DNA of 64,000 nucleotides from Eledone cirrhosa (Eukaryota): NCBI GenBank assembly GCA_964016885.1, contig OZ024745.1, positions 80,848,001 to 80,912,000 of the forward strand, read 5' to 3'. Shown piece by piece: positions 14,357 to 28,317 of this stretch (position 1 is its first letter; each line of letters starts with the position of its first letter). The notes under the pieces were generated by a model. It saw only the letters and a program-made list of their open reading frames with translations, ran no database searches and was not told where the DNA came from. The position numbers and the translations under genes were made by a program.

Positions 14357-14395
14357 CATATATACATATATATATATATATACATATATATATAC

Positions 14396-14450
<55 letters not shown>

Positions 14451-14463
14451 CATATATATATAC

Positions 14464-14516
<53 letters not shown>

Positions 14517-14567
14517 CATATATATATACATATATATATATATATACATATATACATATATATATAC

Positions 14568-14706
<139 letters not shown>

Positions 14707-14735
14707 CATATATATATACATATATACATATATAT

Positions 14736-14768
<33 letters not shown>

Positions 14769-14807
14769 TATATATATACATATATACATATATATATACA
14801 TATATAC

Positions 14808-14842
<35 letters not shown>

Positions 14843-14863
14843 CATATATATATACATATATAC

Positions 14864-14898
<35 letters not shown>

Positions 14899-14919
14899 CA
14901 TATATATATACATATATAC

Positions 14920-15161
<242 letters not shown>

Positions 15162-15321
15162 TGTTATACTTTGGGAGGGTCATGTTGCCAATAAGAAACA
15201 CACGCACCAGTTGCTTTCACTTCAATTTAATTTAATTTAATATATATTTATAAATTTACAAATTTATAAATTTCTGGTTGGTTGGTTGGTTCCACAACCA
15301 GATAGTTGTTTATATATATAT

Positions 15322-15366
15322 AGTCATAGTTCTTTCGTCACACACTCTGTGACCTCTTCAGTGACT
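15322..15366 (-). ncRNA. Minimal type I hammerhead motif
   Basis: AGTCA-CTGAAGA-G-GTCACA(GAGTG)TGTGAC-GAAA-GAAC-TA^TGACT. Confidence 0.75.
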
Positions 15367-15453
15367 GGGGATTTCTTTCTTCGTTTCTGTGCCTTTCCTT
15401 TCTTCTATCCTACGCCATTTATATATATGTATATATATATATATGTATATATG

Positions 15454-15645
<192 letters not shown>

Positions 15646-15652
15646 CATATAC

Positions 15653-15935
<283 letters not shown>

Positions 15936-15966
15936 CATATATATATACATATACATATATATATAC

Positions 15967-16051
<85 letters not shown>

Positions 16052-16064
16052 CATATATATATAC

Positions 16065-16127
<63 letters not shown>

Positions 16128-16136
16128 CATATATAC

Positions 16137-16186
<50 letters not shown>

Positions 16187-16729
16187 ACATATATATATAT
16201 ATACATATATATATACATATATATATACATATATATATACATATATATATACATATATATATACATATATATATACATATATATATACATATATATATAC
16301 ATATATATATACATATATATATTATATACATACATATATATATATACATAATATATATAATACATACATATATATATATATACATACATATATATATACA
16401 TACATATATATATATATATACATACATATATATATACATACATATCATATATATATACATACATATTATATATACATACATACATATATATATACATTAC
16501 ATATATATATACATACATATATATATACATACAATACATATATTATATATACATACATATATATATACATACATATATATATATATATACATACATATAT
16601 ATATATACATACATATATATATATACATACCATATATATATATACTTACATATATATATACATACATATATATATATACATACATATATACATATATATA
16701 TACATACATATATATATACATATATATAC

Positions 16730-16778
<49 letters not shown>

Positions 16779-16984
16779 CATACATATACATATATACATA
16801 CACATATATACATATATACATACACATATATATATATATACATACACATATATATATATACATACACATATATATATATACATACACATAATATATATAC
16901 ATACACATATATATATATACATACACATATATATATATACATACACATATAATATATAATACATACACATATATATATATACAT

Positions 16985-17203
16985 ATTATTAGAAATGTTA
17001 GCTATCGCCGTATTTTGACTAAAGAAATTATTTAGCTTGATAGTGGGGTTAAGAACCCTCGGAGAAATGGAAAAAGATTAGTATATGTACGTCAATACTC
17101 ATCTTTTTCCATTTCTCTGAGGGTTCTTAACCCCACTATCAGGCTAAATAATTTCTTTAATTTCTTTAGTCAAAATACGGCGATAGCTAACATTTCTAAT
17201 AAT
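16985..17203. repeat. ~220-bp near-perfect palindrome
   Basis: ATTATTAGAAATGTTAGCTATCGCCG...CGGCGATAGCTAACATTTCTAATAAT; ~100-bp arms, ~10-bp loop. Confidence 0.9.
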
Positions 17204-17205
17204 TT

Positions 17206-19211
17206 TGTAGCAGGAGTTGCCTCCCTTGTAGTGACACTCACATCCCCAATAGATTAACGCTCTCTAGACAGGAAGTAGAACCCTTTCTGTAACTACCGGT
17301 CAGAACCCTATAAAACTAACAACTTTAAGTTCTCTCTCTCTCATTCGCCTTTTCGGCTCCTGGCCCTCGCCAGGAGTCTTCGCTCAGGCGCGTGCACCTG
17401 GCAACCAAGCGGTAACTCATAACTTTGTTTCATTCTTTCATCTATTCATTGACATGTCAACTATACTGTTCTATATATCCACAAATTGTTAATTAAATAT
17501 TATACACACAAACCAATCGTCTTTGTTACATTCATACAGACTAGTATTTTGTTATAAGTGGTGACCCCCGAAAAAAAGAAAAAATAGCAGAATCTGGTGT
17601 TGTGTGAGTAACATTACGAATACACAGCAAATTTTATTGACAAACTATGAAAATACGCAGTCAAAGAGACGCACATGTGAAAACAGACTCTTTTTCCCTC
17701 ACGCATCAACTAACTGTCGCATTTCACTGTATATATATATATGTTTCTCGTTTCTTACAACGAACACTTTAAAAACAAAAAAAAACAAAAAAATTTGATT
17801 TTTTTTTTTTTAAAAACATTTCAACAGGAACATTTATTTTCGATGAACCTCAACCATTGCCTTTTTTTTCATCGTTTTCTTCATCGTTCAAGTTTTTTTT
17901 CAAAGTTCACACAAAAATAAAAAAATTGAACTCGCCATATTTGTTATACTAAGTGAAGCCTTTCTTTCTTTTTCATCATTGTCACTTTCACACACACATT
18001 TTTTTCAAAATCGCTGCCAACGACCTGTTGCACTATCATTTTCTCGCGCATTAGGAATATTTTTCTTTTCAACTTAACCTTGTTTTGGCACGTGTAGGCA
18101 GCAGGATTCTCGACTCACGGAGACATCTCGATTCACTGAGATAGCCACACGCCAGGGATAACGTTTCTCGCCAAGGATTCTCCAGCCTTAAGCTATATTC
18201 TCCTATTTGCCGGTTTAAAAATTTACCACGTAAATTTTCTGTTGAAAACTGCGCATTTATTCAGAATGCTTATTTCTTTGGTCGCTGGCCTCTTGACCCT
18301 TCCAGGTCAACGCATTCTCAACATCGACCATCAACTTCGGCTGTTATTTCTAGCACTTTGCGCAACTCATTTTTTCTGAAAAAATTTTTTTACTGTGAAT
18401 TTAAACATCGAATACGCTCACTCCGCGAGACAACAACACCAACAGCAACACAGCTTCACCAACAACCAAAACCAGCAGAACAAGCCAGTGAATTTATTTT
18501 TGCAGCACTCTTCCTGTGAGAAAATTCATTCGGAGGTTGGAAATTTCACGATATACCACAGAACAGAAACCACCTGCATTCATTCTTTGGAACACACTTT
18601 CTTTCTTGCTGTCATGTGATTGCACACCTGTGAACTATATTTTGTACATTTGAACTTTGAGCTCTTCTCTTACTTTATTACATTGTATCTTTGGGTGATG
18701 GATAGATAGATGTCCAGTCGTTCTCTGGCCAAGAGCGGTTGGCTACCTTGATATCTATCATTGATTTTTGCAAATTTTTTTTTTCGTAATTTTCATGCCC
18801 GTTACAATATTCTCGCCAACATACTACATACATATTTCATTCGATTTTTATATTTTTAAAATCTGGCCGGGGGATAATGTATCAGGAGTTGCCTCCCTTG
18901 TAGTGACACTCACATCCCCAATAGATTAACGCTCTCTAGACAGGAAGTAGAACCCTTTCTGTAACTTCTGGTCAGAACCCTATAAAACTAACAACTTTAA
19001 GTTCTCTCTCTCTCATTCGCCTTTTCGGCTCCTGGTCTTCGCTCGGGCGCGTGCACCTGGCAACCAAGCGGTAACTAATAACTTTGTTTCATTCTCTCAT
19101 CTATTCATTGACATGTCAACTATACTGTTCTATATATCCACGAATTGTTTATTAAATATTATACACACAAACCAATCGTCTTTGTTATATTCATACACAT
19201 ATTTTGTTATA
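17206..19211 (+). mobile_element. Non-autonomous LTR retroelement (TRIM/LARD-like)
   Basis: Direct repeats 17206-17556 and 18878-19211 starting TGTA; PBS TGGTGACCCC at 17559; purine tract before LTR2; TSD ATTT; no recognisable gag/pol. Confidence 0.88.
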
Positions 19212-19343
19212 ATTTCAAATCAACTCGCTGTTTCGAAAATATTCTTACTATACATACATATATATATATATACATACATATATATATATATACATACATA
19301 TATACATACGTACATATATACATGCATATATATATAATATAAT

Positions 19344-19478
19344 GGAGGCACATGGCTTAGAGGTTAGAGCATTGGCCTTGCAATCGACAGGTTGTGAGTT
19401 CAATTCTCAGACCAGGTGATGTGTTGTGTCCATATCATTCCACTGCAAAGTGGTCGTGGAGGTGCCACGGCAAAAAAG
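19344..19478 (+). mobile_element. Internally deleted copy of the 21176 SINE family
   Basis: Same tRNA head joined to CCACTGCAAAGTGGTCGTGGAGG. Confidence 0.75.
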
Positions 19479-19503
19479 TATGTGTATATATATATATTTA
19501 TAT

Positions 19504-20080
19504 GGGATGTTTGTTTACAAACACACCGAGCATTATAATAAATGTTCGGTGAATCCATACGTACATATATATATGTGTGCATGTATGTATATATACATAC
19601 TACTGTACGTCTGTATACATATATGTATGTACGTGTACATACTTATATTTAAGTAACAGCCATACTAAGAGTTTCATTTTTTCCGTTTATCGTTTTCGGT
19701 GCACCCGGCCGATTAACCTACTCGATATGCAAATTGGGCTACTCAGCCGTTCAACAATCTGGCAGGAAGGTATACGTTGCTGACGATAGCTAATAAGCTT
19801 GAAACTAGTACAGCATTCCTTTGTCAGTGTTGAACAAACGAGCAACGATGGTTGCTAGACACTACGGCTTAATACGGGATGTTTGTTTACACAGACACCG
19901 AGCATTATAATAAATGTTCGGTGAATCCATACGTACATATATATATATGTGTGCATGAATGTATATATATATACATACTACTCTACGTCTGTATACATAT
20001 ATGTATGTGTACATACTTATATTTAAGTAACTGCCGTACTAAGAGTGGGAAATGAAATTTCGTTTCATTTTTCCCGTTTA
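19504..20080 (+). repeat. ~1.5 copies of a ~372-bp unit containing a hammerhead
   Basis: 19504-19690 repeated at 19876-20080. Confidence 0.8.
19776..19814 (+). ncRNA. Minimal type I hammerhead motif
   Basis: GTTG-CTGACGA-TAGCT(AATA)AGCTT-GAAA-CTAG-TA^CAGC; palindromic ACTAGT stem III. Confidence 0.75.
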
Positions 20081-20126
20081 TATATTTATATATATACACA
20101 TATATGTATATATATATATATCATAA

Positions 20127-20926
20127 TCTATAAAGCTCAGTGTGTGGTCATGCTCCTTCGTTATAGAATTCTACGATATAGAATTTCTTCAATTGAAATT
20201 TACAATTCAGTTTTCGAAATAGTTTCGATTGCGTCTTGACGCAGATAATTTTTTCAATTTCACCCACAATTACGCAAAAAATAGATAAAACTCAATATTT
20301 TACGATTTTTCTCTCTCATTTAAACTGCTGAACTCTTTCTACTACCATTCAAAATCTATACAACTTCATACTTTCTGCTACTTTCTCTTTCCAAGCTTGA
20401 TGGTGATACTGTCCGTTCACACCACTCCCTACTGTCTTAAAGTTAGAAAACACATATCCTCTATGAGGTCACTAAACCTGCTAGAAACAGCAGCTAACTC
20501 TCCCCCATATCACACCCCTCCCTACTGTCTTAAATTTAGAAAACACATATCCTCTATGAGGTCACTAAACCTGCTAGAAACAACAGCTAACTCTCCCTCA
20601 TATCACAACCCTCCCTACTGTCTTAAATTTAGAAAACACACAGACAACCATGCAGAACAACTCCATCGCAGCTCTGTTGTTCGGCTGGCATCGTCTACGC
20701 GTGTGTTGCGCAAGTACTGTGAAACAATAAATTTCAGCACTTTTTTGCACAAAGATAATATCCATAGGCGAAACTACAATTGTCACTGCTGGCGCAGCTC
20801 CTGCTTCCAGGTCTGCAATTCATTCACCCAGTGCTTGGCAGACAAAAAAGTGCTGCCATAAAATGGGTGGTGCAACCTAACTTTGGTAACTTAATGACCC
20901 CGAGCAACGCCGGGTTTTAATGCTAG
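20127..20926 (+). mobile_element. Non-autonomous Helitron-like element
   Basis: 5' TCTATAAA; 3' hairpin CCCGAGCAACGCCGGG then CTAG|T; internal ~110-bp duplication. Confidence 0.6.
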
Positions 20927-21061
20927 TATATATATATACACATATATGTACACATATATGTATATATATATATATATACACATATATGTATATATATATA
21001 TATATACACATATATGTATATATATATATACACATATATGTATATATATATATATATACAC

Positions 21062-21103
<42 letters not shown>

Positions 21104-21175
21104 GTATATATATATATATATATATATACACATGTATATATATATATGTATGTATGTATATATATATATATATAT

Positions 21176-21522
21176 GGAGGCACATGGCTAAGTGGTTAGA
21201 GCATTGGCCTTGCAATCGAAAGGTTGTGAGTTCAATTCTCAGATCGGGTGATGTGTTGTTTCCTTGAGCAAGACACTTTATTTCACATTGCTCCAGTTTA
21301 CTCAGCTGTAGAAATGAGATGATAGGGACTGAAGTCCCTATCATTCCACTGCAAAGTGGTCGTGGAGGTGCCATGGCAAAAAAGCACCCAGCACTCACTG
21401 TAAATGAGGCTGGTGTTAGGAAGGGCATCCAGCTGTAGAAATCAAGCCAGAATCAGTTCCTGTTCCACCCTTGCAAGCAGGGAAAAAGCGGACGCAAAAT
21501 GAAATGATTATGATGATGATGA
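21176..21522 (+). mobile_element. tRNA-derived SINE with RTE-derived tail
   Basis: A/B boxes, core, RTE 3' UTR segments, (GAT)n; second copy 49338-49678 (-). Confidence 0.88.
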
Positions 21523-22075
21523 TATACACATATATATATATATAGAGATTTGACGAGCTCCATCAAATTCATTAAACGTTATTGTAGACCGACTGTTATA
21601 TATATATTCATCTTCCTCTTCTTGAGTCATCTGATCTCTAAGGAGGTGGTGAGGCCTTGACAAAGTTTGAGCCTTGGTTGACCATTGCAGCATGCAGATC
21701 CATTGCTTTGAGGCCTTTGTCCATCTTGATGATTGATTTCTTGGAGGGTTTCATATATATATATATATATCATCATCATCATCATCATCATTGTTTAATG
21801 TCCATTTTCCACGCTAGCATGGGTTAGACAGGTTGTCCCATTAGAGGCAAGTTGAGTCCAGTGACCGTGTCTTGCACATATAGGACTGTTTCTGGCTAGA
21901 TTTCTACAGCTGGATGCCCTTCGTAACGCATTTACAGTGTGTGCTGGGTGATTTTTGTTGTGTGTAGATATATATATGTATATATAATTAATTCGAGTAT
22001 GTGTTGGTTAATTATCGAAACTTCAGTATGCAAGGTAGAGCACTTGACGAAGTGCACTGGTGAGTATATTTATAA

Positions 22076-22391
22076 ATAAGAAGTGTAAGTCAACAGGTTG
22101 AAATTAACTTTTTTTATTCATAGTCACTGTTATATATGTTTTCTCAATGCTTTGAGAAAAGTTTTCTCAGTGCTTTGAGAAAACAACACCAAATTTCACA
22201 CTGAGCATATCAAAAAATCGAAATAACATAAGCAATCTTTATTCCATCGTTATGTTTTTCTGTTTTTCCTGTTCAAATTCTAGCTGTATGATGAAGTCAT
22301 AGCTGTTACATAATGGTTATCACCAAAATATATATAACAGCGACTATGAATAAATGAAGTTAATTTTAAACTGTTGACCTACACTTCTTAT
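22076..22391. mobile_element. Foldback/MITE-like element, ~65-bp inverted repeats
   Basis: ATAAGAAGTGTAAGTCAACAG...CTGTTGACCTACACTTCTTAT. Confidence 0.75.
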
Positions 22392-22411
22392 ATATATATA
22401 AGTGCAGAACA

Positions 22412-23567
22412 TCATCATCGTTTAACGTCCATATTCCACGCTTGCATGGGTTTGGACGGGAGTTTTCCCACTTGAGGCAAGAGTGGTTGTCTTGTTCGCA
22501 TAGGACTGTCTGGCGGGTTTTCTACGGCTGGATGTCCTTCCTAACACCAACCACATTTACAGTGTGGAACTGGGAGGTTTTTACCGTGTTACCTACACGG
22601 CCACATTACAGTGTGGACTGTGTTTTTTTGTTGTGACACCTACACGACCTCATTTGTCTCGGGCTGGATGTTGTGGTACCAACATAACTTTACATTCAAA
22701 GGGATGGGGTGGGGGTAGTGGGACGGGGGTGTATTTTGTTAGAGGTGCCTACTGACTGTAGTAGGTTTCACTTTGTACTTACGTAAAGCGGGTCTTCTCT
22801 ATTACTGTGTAGCGCCAAAGATCTCGGTCCAGTGACATTGTCTTGGAGAGGTGTAAGTGTGTGAGGTCGGAATTTATCAAGTCGTCGCAGGTTTTTCTGG
22901 GTCTGCCTACTCCATGGCTACCGTCTATTTTTATTGCCCTGCACTTTTTTATACAGCTGTCATCTTTCATGCGCATCACATGACCATACCAACGTAGCCT
23001 TCTCTCGAGTAAACAACATCTGATCCCTCTTATTTCTAATTTTTCCTTTAGTTCATTTATGCTTTGCCATTCACGTATATTACTATTACACATCCAGCGG
23101 AGCATGCAAGCTTCGTTCCTCTCCAGTCTGCGTATATCCTCTGCACACAATGCCCAGGTCTCACTGCCATGCAACATTGCTGTTCGTATGCAGGCATCAT
23201 ACAGCCTGCCTTTCATTTTTAGGGAGAACCCTTTAGCGGCTAATAGTGGTATAAGCTCTCTGAACTTTTTCCATCCAGTTCTGACTCTAGCTACTGTACT
23301 TTCAGAGCACCCTCTCCCACTGCTGATTTTGTCACCCAGGTAACGGAAGCTGTCCACTATTTCTATAGAACCATCTGTGCAATGGAATGAGCTAGTATTC
23401 TGTGGGCACTTGCTGCTACTTATTGCACCAGAGCACCGGCCACATATAAAATCTATGTTCTTAGCTTACCTGTGATCCCACTACATCTTTTATGCACCCA
23501 TACTTTGCATTTGGGACATAAAATGGAGTTTCTACCTACTCCTTTCCTACACACTGAGCATGGCCAC
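22412..23567 (-). mobile_element. 5'-truncated RTE LINE (third variant)
   Basis: PHD region, SFRYLG, LHGSETW, 3' UTR with (GAT)n. Confidence 0.9.
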
Positions 23568-24211
23568 ATACAAAAACTGTTACTGAACTCTCCCAGTAAA
23601 TCATGTTTTCTTAATTTTATCATTTCATCATGTTTAGATGAATACCTAACTATAACTAATAGTTAATGTAATTTGTGAGTGTTAAAGAATTAAAATCAGT
23701 TGAAAATGTAAGCTTGCACAAAAGACTTTGTATATTTTAGTTGTTTCAAACTTTATTTTTAAAACAATAAAGTGTCTTCAGAATAAAGCTGCTCCATTGT
23801 TAACAACCTGAAAGATATTTATAAAAACAAAACAAATATAAGAAAAAATATATAACTGAAGATATTGGGAGGTTTTAGTTGACAAATTATAGAACATTTA
23901 TAAATTATTTGAAAAAAATGTACATTACCATGGAAACAAAATTACTAGTTTTATAAGTTAAGGTACAAATTAAAACAACTGAAATCTTAAATTTTCATAT
24001 CTTTTCTAAAACACTTAATAGTACAGATGTGAACCATAATATTAATTTAAAATGTAGACACAAGGCCAGATGTTTTTGTGGAAGATACAATCAATTAGAA
24101 CATTCTAACTGCATGACTAGTGCTTGGAAATGTGAGGTAAGCGATCCTTGATGAGTTTTTAATTAAAAATTAAACTCGTCAGTTTAATTTTCATTTTAGG
24201 GAACCATAGCT

Positions 24212-24240
24212 TTAGTAGGATTTGTACTTGGAAAGTTCCT
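24212..24240 (-). CDS. Secreted Cys-rich protein, putative last coding exon (KELSKYKSY*)
   Basis: Acceptor TTTCTTTTAG; phase 1; in-frame TAA. Alternative last exon possible at 23807. Confidence 0.55.
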
Positions 24241-24456
24241 CTAAAAGAAATGCTGTATAGTAACATGTTTTTAGAATGTATTCTTTCGAGCACGAATTTC
24301 TGGTAGACATACTTTAACCTTCTGGGTGCTGTAGGTGACTTATGTTTCCGATAGAATAATTTCCCCTTAATACATAATGCAGTATCAAGGGAAGCAATTC
24401 ATAAAAAAAAATTTTCAGCAGGCTAAAGATTAAAGAAATGTTTATAAAATACTTAC

Positions 24457-24582
24457 TAGAAATTTTAACACCTTCTGGTAAATGAGCTTTCTTGACACAT
24501 TTACGGGTGATACATTTTCCATGAACAATCTCATTCCATTGTGTTCCTATTTTGTGGCATTTATGGTTGTGAGCTTTACAGC
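24457..24582 (-). CDS. Secreted Cys-rich protein, coding exon 4 (repeat 3)
   Basis: TTACAG|126 nt|GTAAGT, phase 1-1: RCKAHNHKCHKIGTQWNEIVHGKCITRKCVKKAHLPEGVKIS. Confidence 0.85.
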
Positions 24583-24789
24583 CTGTAATATTTCAAAGAT
24601 ATATACATATATTTGAAGTATATATTCATTTCACACAAAAACAAATTCACATATACACACATGCATGCACACATGTGCACATAGACAAATATATACATGC
24701 ACACAGACACATACACAAACACACACACATACATGTACACATGTGCACACAGGCACATATATACATACACACACATAGGATTGAGAAAA

Positions 24790-25370
24790 GAGTGGTGGAT
24801 TGGCAGTATCGGTAGAGGGTCGGACGCCATGCTTTGATGCATAGAGTTACGGCCCTTGCCATTCTGAGTTCAAATCCTGCCGAGGTTAACTTTGCCTTTC
24901 ATTCTTATGGGGTTGATAAAATAAAGTACCAGTAATGCACTGGCTAATTGCTGGCCTTGTGCCAAAAGTAGAAACAATTAATAACATTTATCTTAGTTAG
25001 TTAAATATAATTAGTATTCAGTTTAATTAGGGTTTCATAGCAAGTGAGCTGTGAGAGTGAGAAATGTTTTGGTAAAGACAGAGTTTAAACTGAAAGATTG
25101 TATCAACTTAAGGTAGCGAATTGGCAGAATTGTTAGAACAACAGATAGAATGCTTTGCGGTATTTGTTTTTGCTCTCTGCACTCTCTGAGTTCAAATCCC
25201 ACAAAGGTCAACTTTGCCTATCATCGTTTTAATGTCGATAAAAAAGTACCAGTTCAGAGCAGGGGTCAATTCTTCCTCTATATCTCTTTCTCATTTCTTC
25301 TCTATCATTCTCTCTCCTTCTTTGGAAGAAATAGGCTGTGCTCAAACCTGGCAGAGCCAGTTAAAAAAAA
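24790..25370 (+). mobile_element. Two copies of a second SINE family
   Basis: TGGCAG..GAGTTCAAATCC..ACTTTGCCT..GATAAAA..GTACCAG; more copies at 26205-26478 (-), 32049-32490 (+, two), 32530-32700 (-), 34765-34870 (+). Confidence 0.8.
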
Positions 25371-25431
25371 TATTCAAGAAATGCTGTTTGACTCCGGTAA
25401 AAATAAAAGAAAGAAAATTGTATTAACTTAC

Positions 25432-25545
25432 GTAGTACAAGTTTCTTTATGATTAATTTTCCATGCTGACTTACACAGCTATAATCAATACAGTTTTTGG
25501 TCCAGTGGCTGCCAACATGGCGGCAAATACCTCCATCATCACAAC
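25432..25545 (-). CDS. Secreted Cys-rich protein, coding exon 3 (repeat 2)
   Basis: T-rich AG|114 nt|GTAAGT, phase 1-1: GCDDGGICRHVGSHWTKNCIDYSCVSQHGKLIIKKLVL. Confidence 0.85.
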
Positions 25546-26584
25546 CTAAAAAAATACAAAAAATATTTGCACTACAACCATCAAGATCACTTCATGAACC
25601 AATGAGGAGTCCTCTACATGGTTGCTCTACTTGTTAGAAATGATAGCTAAATCATAACCTACAATCTTAAGAAAATGAAGTATACATTGGATAGTGTATA
25701 CTATGCCTGGAAGAAAAATACAGGATGGTCACTGCTGGAATGCCTGTGATTATAGATCTACTTGTCAAGGACTAACATGGTGCTATACAATAACAGCATC
25801 ATCACCCCAGACTAGAGTATTGTGAAATGTTCCCTATAATTGATGACAGTTAATATGATATTAAACAGCAACATCACTCTAAGCTGGAATGTTGTGAAAT
25901 GATCCCTATATTTGACTAGGGCTAACATGGTGTGAAGCAACAACAACAACAACAACATCATCCCAGACAAGAGTATTGTGAAATGACCCCTGTATTTAAT
26001 GAGCACTAACATGGTGATGTTAAGCAACAACATCAACCCAGGCTGGAATATTGTGAAATGACCCCTATATTTATCTCTAATCAGTTATTTATTGTATATT
26101 AGTCAACAATAAGCTATGGTACTATATATAGTACTATATATATGTATGATCCTGTAACTCCTGATAGAGTCATAAGGGGCGCCGTATTGACATACAGTAT
26201 TTTTTTAGCATTTTAAACCTGGCAGAGCCCATCCATCTCCAGGCCTGAGTTCAGCAGATTTCTTCCAGACAAAGATAGAAAGTGAGAGAGAGGAACTGAA
26301 AAAGAGATATAGAGGAAGAATCCACCCCAGTGCTAGACTGGTACTTTTTTTTATCAACCTCGAAAGGATGAAAGGCAAAGTTGACATCGGCGGGATTTGA
26401 ACTCCAAGAGCAGAGAGCCAGAACGAATACTATAAAGCATTCTATCCGACATTCTAACAGTGCTGCCAATTCGCAGCCTATACCATGGTATATATTAGTC
26501 AGCGCTAAACTATGATATCATACCAAGGTTCTAGGAAACAAAATCAAACATGGTATCACATGGATGCAAAATAAATGTCTTAAT

Positions 26585-27295
26585 CACTTAGTTATGTTTA
26601 CATTAACACTTAGCCATGCTTGTATTCCCACTTTGCTATGTTTAAATTAACACTTAGCCATGCTTGTATTAACACTTAGCCATGCTTGTATTAACACTTA
26701 GCCATGCTTGTATTAACACTTAGATATGTTTGTATTAACACATAAATATGTTTACATTAACACTTAGCCATGCTTGTATTAACACTTAGCTATGTTTGTA
26801 TTAACACTTAGCCATGTTTGTATTAACACTTAGCCATGTTTGTATTAACACTTAGCCATGCTTGTATTGACACTTAGCCATGCTTGTATTAACACTTAGC
26901 CATGTTTGTATTAACACTTAGTGGTATTTGTATTAACACTTAGCCATGCTTACGTTAACACTTAGCCATCCTTGTATTAACACTTAGCTATTTTTATATT
27001 AACACTTAGCCATGCTTGTATTAACACTTATCCATGCTTACATTAACACTTAGCCATGCTTACATTAACACTTAGCCATGCTTGTATTAACACTTAGCTA
27101 TGTTTGTATTAGCACTTAACCATGCTTGTATTAAGACTTAGTGCTGTTTGTATTAACACTTAGCCATGCTTACACTAACACTTAGCTACGTATATATTAA
27201 CACTTAGCTACGTATATATTAACACTTAGCTATGTTTGTATTAGTACTTAGCTATGTATGTATTAACACTTGACTATGTTTGTATTATCACTTAA
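26585..27295. repeat. 22-bp minisatellite (TTAACACTTAGCCATGCTTGTA), ~30 copies, intronic
   Basis: Direct tandem repeat. Confidence 0.95.
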
Positions 27296-27344
27296 GCTAG
27301 TATATCCATCAATATTGACACTATTCTTAAAATAAAATACTTAC

Positions 27345-27452
27345 CAGAGTTTAGCACCTTAACTGTGGCTCTGTGACAGGTAAATCGCACACATTTTTCT
27401 CCCCATTTCTCACCTTGTGCATGATGAACTCCCTTATGTGTACATGTAGAAA
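27345..27452 (-). CDS. Secreted Cys-rich protein, coding exon 2 (repeat 1)
   Basis: TTCCAG|108 nt|GTAAGT, phase 1-1: FSTCTHKGVHHAQGEKWGEKCVRFTCHRATVKVLNS. Confidence 0.85.
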
Positions 27453-28317
27453 CTGGAACCGAAATACAACATTAGTGTTAAAACATTTGAAAGAAATACT
27501 GTCCAACCCTTGCTAGCAGGGAAAGCGGACATTTAAAATGATGATGATGATGACTCAAAATCACGTATATTTTTAAAATATATTTGTTTGTAATATTATA
27601 GCCATGAGAAAGGTGAAGATAAAACAGAAGCTTCTAAATTGCACTAACCCCTTTGACACTAAAGCCCTTGAAGTTCAAAACTGTTTATTTTAAAGAGTTT
27701 ATATTTATCCAAAAAGCTTCCATCATAATTTTATGTAAGAATATTTGTTAAGTTATACCAGCTAAATAACGAGAAAGTTAGTTATTTTACTAAATCCTTA
27801 TAGAGTCTTGATTATTTAAAAATTTTTTTTGGCCACCACAGACAGTATCATTCATTAGAAATATGGCAATGAATGAGTTAAATACCAATAAAAAGCCTCT
27901 AAGTGGTCCTTTAAACCTGCAAGAAATAGCAACTAATTCTTTCTCAAATTACACCCTACCATGTTAAAAAAAAAGGAAAGGATATATTAGTTAAGGTAGA
28001 CCTACATTAGCTGGGATAGTCATGGCTAGAATACTTTTGCTGATAGATATGCTTGATGTGAGCTGACTTGGGGTTAAACTAGAAGTTCTCAAACTTTTTT
28101 ACTCCCTCCTCTCAAGGGCACGTAAATCCCTATTTCCAGAGAGACCTGCCTACACGCAAATTATAAATAATATATAATAAATAAAATTGTTAATTTATAT
28201 ATCATCATCATCATCATTTTACGTTCACTTTTCCCTGCTTGCAAGGGTGGGACTATAATAAATAATATATACTATGTATAAATAAATATTATATATTCAT
28301 TATTTTACTATATTTAT

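Noticed and set aside
26585-27295. CRISPR-like appearance of minisatellites (also 36925-38125)
   Set aside because: No unique spacers or cas genes; eukaryotic context.
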